Source: Octopus bimaculoides
Taxonomy: Eukaryota
Direction: 5' to 3'
DNA: 64,000 nucleotides
NCBI RefSeq assembly: GCF_001194135.2
Contig: NC_068991.1
Location: forward strand, 7,834,127 to 7,898,126
This document shows, piece after piece, positions 11,442-23,819 of this stretch. The translations under genes and the position numbers were made by a program. Position 1 is the stretch's first letter. Each line of letters starts with the position of its first letter. The notes beneath the pieces are model-generated. The model made no database searches. It was not told the origin of the DNA and worked only from the letters and a program-made list of their open reading frames with translations.

Positions 11442-14400
11442 ACAGAACCAGTGTCTGTTAATTATTGGTGTGCTGACCCTCCCAAGATACAACAAAATTC
11501 CAATTTCAGTTTTTGAATATAATTTATGTAAAACACAACTTGAAAAAGTATTCCAAACTGAGAAATATTGAATGTTTATATTTCAGCATTTGATAAAAAA
11601 TATGAAAACTAAGACACCAACCAGCCTACTCGTTACTAGTGGTTACTCATTACTAATTTTTAAACCAAAAAATTAGGTTAAAATGCACTTCTGAATCAAA
11701 ATTCTTTGCATGGATTTAACCCTTTAGCATTCGGATTATTCTGTCAAATGTATCATCATCATCATCATCATCATCGTTTAACGTCCGCTTTCCATGCTAG
11801 CATGGGTTGGACGATTTGACTGAGGACTGGTGAAACCGGATGGCAACACCAGGCTCCAGTCTGATTTGGCAGAGTTTCTACAGCTGGATGCCCTTCCTAA
11901 CGCCAACCACTCAGAGAGTGTAGTGGGTGCTTTTACGTGTCACCCGCACGAAAACGGCCACGCTCGAAATGGTGTCTTTTNNNNNNNNNNNNNNNNNNNN
12001 NNNNNNNNNNNNNNNNNNNNNNNNNNNNNNNNNNNNNNNNNNNNNNNNNNNNNNNNNNNNNNNNNNNNNNNNNNNNNNNNNNNNNNNNNNNNNNNNNNNN
12101 NNNNNNNNNNNNNNNNNNNNNNNNNNNNNNNNNNNNNNNNNNNNNNNNNNNNNNNNNNNNNNNNNNNNNNNNNNNNNNNNNNNNNNNNNNNNNNNNNNNN
12201 NNNNNNNNNNNNNNNNNNNNNNNNNNNNNNNNNNNNNNNNNNNNNNNNNNNNNNNNNNNNNNNNNNNNNNNNNNNNNNNNNNNNNNNNNNNNNNNNNNNN
12301 NNNNNNNNNNNNGGCAACGGCCACGCTCAAAATGGTGCATCTCATGTGCCACCCGCACAAGAACCAGTCCAGGGGCACTGGCAACGATCTTACTTGGCTT
12401 GCCGGGTCTTCTCACGCACAGCCCATTTCCAAAGGTCTCGGTCCGTAGTCATCGCCTCGGTGAGGCCCAATGTACGAAGGTCTTGCCTCACCACCTCAGC
12501 CCAGGTCTTCCTGGGCCTACCTCTTCCACGGGTTCCCTCAACTGTTAGGGTGTGGCACTTTTTCACGCAGCTATCCTCCTCCATTCTCACCACATGTCCA
12601 TACCAGCGCAATCGTCTCTCTTGCACGCCACAACTGATGCTTCTAATGTTCGCTTATTTATCTACATTGCTTTGAGTTAATCATGGATTATCTTGTAATT
12701 TCAAGATTTATATGATGTGACTGTATATTTTTTGAACGACATTGTAAGGGAGGTGTAAAAGGTCAGATCTGGCCAGTTAGAACATAAAGGAAGTACAGGG
12801 TGTCCACAAAGTCTGGGTACATGAAGTAAATAAAATCATAACATAAACAATTAAATATAAGAAATAATTTCTTAAAGTATGTGTTAATCCCCATGTACCC
12901 AGACTTTGTGGACACCCTGTAGATTATTTAGGCCGGATATGGCCGGTTTAAATACTAATGGGTTAAATTAGCATTTGTGTGGATGTGTGGTAAGAAGTTT
13001 GAGTCCCATTGCATAACACTTGGGCAAGCGTCTTCTGTTATATCCTTAGGCCAACCAAAGCCCTGTGAGTAGATTTGGCAGATGGAAACTAAAAGAAGCC
13101 TACCATAGATACATGTGACTTTGTGTCTGTGTTTGCCCCCACCATTGCTTGACAACTGGTATCAGTGTGTTTACATCTCTGTAACTTAGCAGTTTGACTT
13201 AAGAGACTGATAAAATAAGTACAGGGCTTTAAAAAAAATAAGAATTGGGATTGATTTGTTTGACTAAAGTCCTTCAAGGCATTGCCCCAGCATGTTCACA
13301 GTGTAATGGCTATGTGATTGAGAAGCTTGCTTTGCAACCAAGTGGTTTTGGGTTCAGTCCCACTGCATGGCACCTGGGCAAGTGTCGTCTATTATAGCCC
13401 TGGGACAACCAATGAATAAGTAAATTTGGTAAATGGCAACTGTGTGGAATCTCATCGTGTGGAATCTCATTGTGTAGTAATCAGTTTTTCCACCTGATTT
13501 GTCCATGCTAGCAGGAGATGGTAGGTGCACCACACTGAAGAGAATTCAGTTAATGGTGTCCTTTTTTTTTTTTTTAATAATATTGTGCATAGTTCAGTGG
13601 TTAGTGTCTATATCAAAAAAAGGTTATAATATCTATAATACCAACCGCATTTTTCATAATGACACGGAACACATCAAGGAAAATATCATTAGTTCTCTCC
13701 ACATGCAAGTATACTTTATTGACGCCATGACACCAAATTTTGTAGACTTCCAAGAGAAATTTAATTTGCCGTTCACTATCGCTCTCCAGCACATCTTCTA
13801 GTTGTAATTCTACAGTATCAAGAGCATACTCATAGGCCAGCTGGGACAAACAGACACGCTCAGCGTCACGGAGGTATTTCCTGAAATTGGAAAGTTTTAG
13901 TAAACAAAATTATCTTTGTTAATCGTTGTAATACTGTGAAAAAAATCAGTAACTTTAACCAGACACATGGAAAACAGTTGACCATCAATACTTTCCAGCC
14001 ATCTATAAGAGAACTGGTAAAGTATCACTGAAACAAATTACTGTCATAAAAATATTAATTTGTCTTTTTGTGACTCCTCCTTTGTAAATTAAAAAAAAAA
14101 AGATTAAAACAGACATCTACGTATCACACCTAATGTATAAACACTGTTGATAGGTCAGTTACTGGGGTATTTGTCCTGAGATAACATCAATTATGGACAT
14201 AACTTTGTTAAAAACACTATAATTTGGAAAGTGATCAAAATGTATAATCAATGAAGTTTTAAAAAAAATTGAGAAATTAAAAAAAAATATAACGAAGCTG
14301 ATTTAAGATCAAAAGCTAACAAACTTATTTGGTTAAAAAGTTATTTGAATTTTTAGATAGGCGCAGGAGTGGCTGTGTGGTAAGTAGCTTGCATACCAAC

Positions 14401-17400
14401 CACATGGTTCCAGATTCAGTCCCACTACGTGGAACCTTGGGCAAGTGTTTTCTACTATAGCCTCAGGCTGTCCAAAGCCTTGTGAGTGGATTTGGTAAAC
14501 GGAAACTGAAAGAAGCCCATCGTGTATATATATATATATATATATTACAAATTAAAAGGGTAAAGGATTATCAATTTATTAATTAATAAATCAATTAATA
14601 ATTTTTACCAAGCCCATCGGTATGAAAGCACCATTATTGGTGGAGAACTTATTTAAAAGCTCATATATATTTATAAACATAATTAAGGGATTAGCAAATA
14701 TTTGCTTCACCATATACCGAAGTTCAGAAATAGCAGCTAAAAGAGCNNNNNNNNNNNNNNNNNNNNNNNNNNNNNNNNNNNNNNNNNNNNNNNNNNNNNN
14801 NNNNNNNNNNNNNNNNNNNNNNNNNNNNNNNNNNNNNNNNNNNNNNNNNNNNNNNNNNNNNNNNNNNNNNNNNNNNNNNNNNNNNNNNNNNNNNNNNNNN
14901 NNNNNNNNNNNNNNNNNNNNNNNNNNNNNNNNNNNNNNNNNNNNNNNNNNNNNNNNNNNNNNNNNNNNNNNNNNNNNNNNNNNNNNNNNNNNNNNNNNNN
15001 NNNNNNNNNNNNNNNNNNNNNNNNNNNNNNNNNNNNNNNNNNNNNNNNNNNNNNNNNNNNNNNNNNNNNNNNNNNNNNNNNNNNNNNNNNNNNNNNNNNN
15101 NNNNNNNNNNNNNNNNNNNNNNNNNNNNNNNNNNNNNNNNNNNNNNNNNNNNNNNNNNNNNNNNNNNNNNNNNNNNNNNNNNNNNNNNNNNNNNNNNNNN
15201 NNNNNNNNNNNNNNNNNNNNNNNNNNNNNNNNNNNNNNNNNNNNNNNNNNNNNNNNNNNNNNNNNNNNNNNNNNNNNNNNNNNNNNNNNNNNNNNNNNNN
15301 NNNNNNNNNNNNNNNNNNNNNNNNNNNNNNNNNNNNNNNNNNNNNNNNNNNNNNNNNNNNNNNNNNNNNNNNNNNNNNNNNNNNNNNNNNNNNNNNNNNN
15401 NNNNNNNNNNNNNNNNNNNNNNNNNNNNNNNNNNNNNNNNNNNNNNNNNNNNNNNNNNNNNNNNNNNNNNNNNNNNNNNNNNAACAAAAATTAAACTTTA
15501 TCTAGATCATAGGTTCTCAAAGTGGGCGCTACCCTCACCCCCACCCCCGTGGATGTTTTGACGGCCGAGGTGGGCGCTGGTGCCTAAGGGGGTGGTGGAG
15601 TGCAGTAAAGAAAAAGGAGGTGTTGGGAGGAAGGCAGTGGATTGGGGGACGCTATGAATTTATTATAATATCATTATAGTATCGTATACAAATTATATAA
15701 TATTATATTAAATATCAAATGATTCATAATATATATAAAATATTTATTTATACATAAAAACAGGGGTGGGGGCACTGAGGGTATTATGTGGCTATGAGTG
15801 GGGGGGTGATTCCACTGTTGATGTAATCTATTAAAACCTTTCACACTATCTCAGCTTCTTGTCATCTTTTAACTTTTTCATTTTGTCATTTTTCTACATT
15901 TTCCATCATTTTTTTCTCCGTTGTTTAATTCTGTCATCTTTCATTCTTAGCTTTTCATTTCCCCATCCACTAATTGCTAACTTCTCAACTATCAATCACT
16001 TCCTTCTACCTGTTCATTCCTCCTAAACTAGCTTTACTTCTCTTAGCACAGCACTCCCTCTCATTATCCTACTAATGGTGTTACCTTATAATCTCTCTGT
16101 ATTAGATTATCTAGATGATCTAAAAGTACAGAAATCACTAAATCACTGGATGTCTGCTGCAGTGAAAGAAACTTGGTTCACATGAAGAAATCTAAACAGA
16201 ATCCCCAGCAAGAGGGAACTTTTATAGTAAGACACAGTTTTTGACTACCAAATCCACTCACAAGGCCATACTAGAAGACACTTGTCCAAGATGCCACACA
16301 GTGGGACTGAACCCAAGACACCGTGATTGGGAAGCTAGCTTCTTAACTGCATAGCCATGTCTGTACCTATCTGAGATAATAAAATGTGCCATGAAAACAC
16401 CATGCTGAAAATTTCAAATGGGATTATTTCTAATAACAGAAAACATGAAATTTATTGTAAAGTCATTTTAGACAAGAATTGTATACAAACCTGAAAAAAG
16501 TTGGAATGTTTACGATCTGTAAAAAGACCCGGAGCAGGTAGGTGATCATGTTGGGTCCAAGAAGGAACCCCAAGCAATATATCACGTGTGTAGTTAATAT
16601 TCTGAAATCAAATAGAAATTTCAATTTGAAAGATTTTGAAAATTAATATTTGGCAAATGTAGTTTGCCAGTATTTTTAGATGCTGTAGATCTGATGGCAA
16701 AATTTAAAATTAGGTTAACCTTGATTTTTTTGTTTGTTTTTGATTTAAAAAAGTATATTAAGCCTTACAGCATGGGAACTGAATATAGTCGGTTCTGTGC
16801 ATATGTGCTTGAAATATAGGAACTGAAGCAAATTGCTTTTGATAGTGGAATACTTTCTGGAATTTTCTGCATTTCATATGATGTAGTACACACATTGTAT
16901 TTTTACTGGCCGATAGAAAAAGGTTGCAAGAACTATTTGCATATGATTAGAGAGTTACATCATCAGCAAAAATTGAATCAGCACAATGAGGCATAAAGTT
17001 TTTAACTGCTGAAAGATATATAAAAGAATCAATTCCAGAATAGAAGTGACAAGACAATAAACCATGTATAATGACGAACGAAAGGTGCAGAGAAACATTA
17101 GAGCTGGGATATGAATTTTAGAGAGACTTCTCATCATCATTTGATGTCCATGTTGGCATGGGTTGGACAGTTTGAGAGGATCTGATGGGTCCAAGAGCTG
17201 CATTGGTATGGTTTCTATGGCTGGATACCCTTTCTAATGCCAAACACTCTCCAGCATGTATTGAGTGCTTTTCTTGTTCCACCTGCATTATATTGAGGTT
17301 GCAATGCAGCTTGCAAGACTACGAAACCTGAAGGGGCCGAGGGCTTTATAATAACTTCTCCATTAACGGTAATGATAAGAAATCTAGGATGAAGAATTTG

Positions 17401-20400
17401 AGTTATGAAAGAAAAGTGAATAAGTTATTAATAAAATGGAATTGTGACCATTTACATTTATTTCTTTATTGCCCATTGGGGGCTAAACATAGAGGGGACA
17501 AGCAAGGACAGACAAAGGGATTAAGTCGATTACATCGACCCCAGTGCGTAACTGGTACTTATTTAATCAACCCTGAAAGGATGAAAGGTAATGTCAACCT
17601 TGGTGGAATTTGAATTCAGAACATAACAGCAGATGAAATACCACTAAGCATTTCACCTGACATGCTGACAATTCTGTGAACTCATCACCCTTATATTTGG
17701 CAATAATGTCTTTGTTATCATTTAACATCCACTTTTCATGCTGGCATGGCTTGAAAGGGTCATCATGGTGCAAGTCATTTCTTATTGGGAGCAACTGTTC
17801 CTATGGCCAAATGCCCTTTCTATCACGAACGACTTTACATAGAGTACTGGATGCATTTTCTCATGATACCAATACTAGTGAGGCTGAATAATCCTCAGTG
17901 AGACAGGACTAGTGGGCCTCACAACCCTACACTTTCCTCTGCTCATTTGTCAACCACAAAATGCACCCAGTGCATACTGGGTGCATTTTTGTAGTAGAAG
18001 CACAAAAGAGGTTGTTTTATTCACCAGTCAAAAAGGGATAAAGCTCCTTCTCGAGTCATATAGACTCATAAGGTTGGTTTCCCGGTTTCTTAGGCATATA
18101 TATTCCCCCTTAGATGAAACACCAGTCCATCACGGGGTTACACATACATATATTTATGTTAGGTTACTTTCATTTTCTGTCAACCAAATCCACTTACAAG
18201 GCTCTTGTCAACCTGAGGCTGAACCTGGAACCACACTGCCATGTTTCTACACACACACACACACACTGCCATTAGGTTGAAAGATTTTAAACGTTAATGA
18301 TTTCGTAAGATAACAACAAACATGTTTCTTTTTATTTTCATTAAATTGCAGGAAAAAAAATATAAGACATACCTTGTTAAATGGTGAGTAGAAGTGAAGA
18401 TGAGCAAGTCTATAGAGAGCTTTATAATGTGTAGGGAAACGAGTGAGGCAGATGTGTAAGGCGGAAATGACCATGTTTAACAGTTTTTTGTGTTTTTCAG
18501 TTTTAGATTTCTTATCATCAACATGTCCATGATCCGAGTTATTGGCTGATGATGTTTCAGTACCAGTCTTGGTACCAGCTTCACTGTGATCATCCCCTGA
18601 ACACAATGATTTACCAGTCTCTTGTTTCGATACGTCACTGTGTTTAGAGTTGATGTTCACTGAGCTGTTCTCAGAAGACACATTATGAGGTAACTCAGCA
18701 CCAGAGCTAGCTAGCTTGTTAGAATTATTTTGACAAACGTCTGACAACTCCTTGCTCTGCTGTTCGCCTCCTTCTGGGTGGCCAACAGAGTCAAAATCAA
18801 TTCTGAGTGGATCATTGGGTTTATCAAAGTTTTCAGCTTCTAAAAGTGCATTAAGGGAATCAAGAGCTTGACTTGTCATCGCATCAGTGTCTATAGCAGC
18901 ATCTAAATAATCTTCACCTATCGTTGTGGTAAACTGGTCCTCAAGACCAAATATGGGTTGACTGAGGTCTACTTTTGATAAACGGGGAGGCAAGTCCAAA
19001 TCTTTGACAGCAGCAACTTCTTTTGGTGCCACTGATGATAAGGTGCTTTTACAATCGGATTTTGCTTGACTAATCTTTGGAGAAGTTTTTGTGGGTAGGC
19101 TTTCAACCATCTTAACTTTGTTTGATGTATTTCCCAACTCGTCAGACAAAGCGGAAAGACTTGAACTATCGTTACTTTTCTGTCGGAAATAATTATGGTC
19201 TTGGTTTGAACGTGACGACGTTGTAGAAGTTGTAACTGCTCCAACATTAGTTGAGACTGTAGAGCTTCCACTTGAAGACGGGCAAGTCCCAGAATTGGTT
19301 GCTCCACGTGGAGTACTATTTGTGTTGTTGGACAAAGACTGTGTTTGACAAGAACCTTCTTCATTACTTGTATTAGAGTCTTTGCTACAAAAATAAAAGT
19401 AAACAAACCAATTATTATTAAAATAAATGCAAGTGCCATTATAATATCACTTACAAATATTAGATTCCAAATGCTTTTGTTGCTCTCTTTGTCTTCACTA
19501 GGAAGAGTAATAGTTTCAGAATGTAATATTTCAAGTACGTAGGACATTTTATTACCTTAACACATTGCCTGCCCTGTGTTTCACATGTGATACACAAGAC
19601 ATACTTCCTGGTGTCCATGCATCACATATGATCAGTGGCCCATGGTGGTAGTTGTTGTACTGGGTGTGCTGCCACACCCAACGCCACCAAATTCCAAGCA
19701 GGGGGATAACAAAAGTTTTCCATTAAGATTTGTGATTAAATTAATGAGTAAAGTTAATATTTATAATGAATTTGCCATTTTCAATGCGTGTGCAATGCAA
19801 TACTTAGCACACTCGGAATATATGCCCCTGTATATGATACACATTCCCAATTTTTCTCAACTACCAGAGTAACTTGGGAATTATGAAAGGAAGTCTTTAT
19901 ATTACTCAGAACGTATGAAACAAAAGGCTGACTAAAAATCTGAAAAGCATGGATGTTTAGGACAAACTTACGAAAATACTTTAGCCAGGCAAAGGGTTGA
20001 GGTAAAAAATAAAAAGCCAAACTAATCGATATCCAGGTATAACAATTCTAATAACACAATGCCGAAAGGGGTGAGATAGATATGGCTAGGTCAGAAAGTA
20101 GAAAGGTTTCTACCTGCAGCTTTTCTACATATGAAACAGGGCCATCTACCTGAGGGGATTTGTGACTTGTCTGCTTTCCTATTTACTAAGACTTTGGTTT
20201 TTGCTAAATTATTTCCAAGACCCTTTGATTCTAGGCCTTGCTTCCACACCTGATATTTCTTCTCTAGTTCTGGAAGTGAATCAGCTATAAAAACAATGTC
20301 TCAGCACAGAGGAGCTCCAGGAGCAGCCCAACTTAAATTTCTCTGTTATTGCCTGGAGGACTATGATGAACAAGAGGGGTTGAGGACAGATTCTTGGTTA

Positions 20401-23400
20401 ACCCATACTTGTACCACATTAAAATTAACCAGTTTTACCTATACAAAACCAGTATTTCTTATCAACATGTCCACTTCAAATGTAATATTATTAATTTTCC
20501 TCAACTATTCAACTTTATAACTTAAATATTATTAAATCCCAAGATTTTTTTAGTCAAAAGAAAGAGATGCTTACTTTTCTCGACGCTGATGTCTTTTCTC
20601 CCTTTGATTAGCAAATGGTCCATTGGCAACCTCTATCATGTATTGTTCAAAATAATCTAAATCAAGTTCTTCAGCGCTCTTGAAAAGCAGTTCTTTTAAT
20701 ATGGCAACATGTTGTCGATAGAATAACTGATACCGAGAAGGAAAAAGAAAGAAGTTATTAAGAAAAAATACAATAAAATTAATGAACCACATTTGTAAAT
20801 AAGAGTGAAATAGAATAACAATTATTTACTGACAGATGATTTATACATGAATTTAACATCAGAGAAAATTGCAAGGATAAAGTGATTTTAAAAAATGTTG
20901 CTAAATTTAAAACAACATGTAACCTTTTATAGGATCTAGCTTTATAAGTTTAACACTTCGCTTGTTTTAAGTGTTAAATAAAACAAAAGCTATTTTCTAT
21001 TTCTCAATAGAAGATTACCCACCCAAATTGATATGTACTTAGAGTTGGATAATAATATTAAACAAAATGCTTTTATGATTTGACCGAAATAAAAAAAATA
21101 ATTCAACAACATTGTGTGTATAAAAACAAACATGAGGAAATGTAAATATCCAACATACTTCAAGTGATTCCACAGCTAGATGAGGTGGGCTAACCACATA
21201 ATTTATCTTCTTAGGATATGCAGCAAAATCTTCATGAAGGTGATGAGCAGCCTGGAATTGAATCAGGAGTATAGAATTATAAAATGTATTTAGATCCATG
21301 TTCATCAGATCAGTTGAAATATTAAATAGGTAGCTCAGAGAGGAGCTTGGATCATGTGTGTGTACAGTAGCATTCATTGTGCATTTCACCTGAGCTTTGT
21401 AAAAAGTTAATAGCTGCTCAGCTACATACACAATGGCTGTAAGAATACAGTTTGAACTTGTGAACAGCACCTTATCCTCACAGCTGTTATGAGGTTAAAA
21501 TGGTAGCATACATACGCTTTATAAAACATACACGAGTTTCAAATTAAGTGCCAAAATTACACAATTATTGAAAATTATATAATCTTATGAATACACCTCT
21601 TCAGTGATTAGAAAAAAATAAAGACGAGTGTCAAGTGCCCAAAATATATATATGTGTATATNNNNNNNNNNTATATACTTGTGTAAATTCAACAAACAGT
21701 TATGTAATCCTGGCAGTTAATTTGATGAAACATGTATGCTTTATAAAGCATAAAATACCAAATGTTTTCTGTATTTTACTCATACTATTACACTGCTCGC
21801 ATTCTGTATACTGGCCTATATACCATAGCTCGATGCTCTGCATCTTACTGCATTGAATATAGGAATGAAATGCAGGACATTCCACACAGACATGTCCTGC
21901 ATAGACACATGTTTTTTTTATGTGAAATTTTTGTAATGCCTTTTACCTCTTTATAGTGTTCCAGGTATTCATGGGCAGGTTTTCTCATCTTTTCACACAC
22001 TTTACCCATCATGTAGTAATATAACCATTCTTCACTATGACCTCCCTCCATTTCACACTCACTAGCTTTTTTATAACAGTTGGCCGCAATCAGCAGCATT
22101 TCTTTGTTGCTAGCTGTTGCTATCTGGTACATCTCATCATTGAGTGGGAACCAATGCATCTAAAACAAATAAAAAAACCCAAAAACAAAGTGTTGTACAA
22201 ATCAATTACTCTTACACAAAGGTTCTTTACCTTCTTTTACTTGTTCAGTCAGTTGACTGCAGCCATGCTGGAGCACCACCTAGAATGGTTTTGGTCAGAC
22301 AAATCGATTGCAGAGCTTATTTTTTTAAAGCCTGGTACTTATTGCATTGGTCTCTTTTTGCTGAACCACTAAGTTACGGGGATATAAACATACCAACACT
22401 GGTTGTCAAATGGCTACTGACTGGCTCCCGTGGACAGAAAGTCGACTCACTGGTAAACGCATAGGGTTGTTTTTATGGAAGACCAGCAGTCGGCCATGCA
22501 TACCAGCCTCCTCTCTCCATGCCACCGATGTTATCCAAGGGAAAGGCAAAGGCCGATACAGCTTGGCACTAGTGATGTCGCAATTCGTTTCTACAGCTGA
22601 GTGAATTGGAGCAACATGAAATAAAGTGTCTTGCTCAAGAACACAACATGCAGCCTGGTCCGAGAATCAAACTCACAATCGTAAGTTCGACGCTCTAACC
22701 ACTGAGCCATGCACCTTCACATTTTGATTTTACTATCAGGGTACCAGCATGAGTGTGTGGTTAAGAAAGTCACTTTGCAACTGCATGGTTTCAGGTTCAG
22801 TCCTACTGCATAGCACCTAATGCAAGCATCTTCTAGTATAGCCCTAGGTCGACCAATGCCTTGGGAATGAATTTGGCAGAGGGGAAACTGTAGAAGTCTG
22901 TCGTACATACATATCTACATGTATGTGTAGTTGTGTCTGTTACCCTTCCCCCATCACTTGACAGCCGGTGTTGGTTTGTTTATGTCCCTGTAGCTTGGAT
23001 GTTTAACAAGGGAAACTGATAGAATAGGTACTAGACTTAATCATCATCATCATCATCATCGTTTAACGTCCGCTTTCCATGCTAGCATGGGTTGGACGAT
23101 TTGACTGAGGACTGGTGAAACCGGATGGCAACACCAAAAAAACAGTACCATGGTTGATCTGTTTGCCTCAACCCTTCAAGGCAGTGCCCCAGCATGGCCA
23201 CAGTCTTGTAACCGGAACAAGTAAAAGATAAATTAGACAAATAGAGTCTCACCAATTTGAGCTGTCGAGCAGCATGAGAGTGCAGCTGGTAGGCAAGCGA
23301 GCCGTACTCTATCCATAGTTTGGCATTGTTGCTGTCAATCTCCACGGCCCGCGTGAAGCAGCGTAGCGATGCGATGGCTTGTTTGTAAATTGCCTGGTCC

Positions 23401-23693
23401 ATTCGAAGTTCAGTCTGTAAAGTCAAATGATAAAAGAATCCATTAGCAAAAACGTGAGCCAGACAAAAAGAAAAAGATTCTGGAAATAAACATGTTTCTG
23501 TAATATAATAAGTGTAGGCTTGGCTGTGTGGTTAAGAAGCTTGCTTTGTAATCACACCATTTCAAGTTCAGTTCCCACTGTGAGCACCTTAAGTAAGTGT
23601 CTTCTACTTTAGGTCTAGGCCAGCCAATTTTTCGAGAGGGAATTTGGTAGATAAAAACTGTGTGGAAGCCTGTTGTGTGTGTGAGTGTGTGTG

Positions 23694-23724
<31 letters not shown>

Positions 23725-23784
23725 GCTTTATATGTGACAGGCGTATATACATAGGTGCTTTATATGTGGCGGGACAGGTGTATG

Positions 23785-23819
<35 letters not shown>

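Larger units (their letters stand above)
11720..12962. mobile_element. piggyBac-like TTAA MITE interrupted by two nested insertions
   Basis: ttaa|CCCTTTAGCATT at 11720 and AATACTAATGGG|ttaa at 12962; body continues across both inserts. Confidence 0.8.

Noticed and set aside
14357-14430. tRNA-like A/B boxes here and in other SINE heads
   Set aside because: Continue into SINE bodies and lack a full cloverleaf; not called as tRNA genes.
19455-19497. Exon-like 43-nt segment with a gtaagt donor 70 nt before exon 36, and a 24-nt candidate near 19805-19828
   Set aside because: The 43-nt segment fits the frame only with ad hoc alternative acceptors; exon 35 already joins exon 36 in phase.
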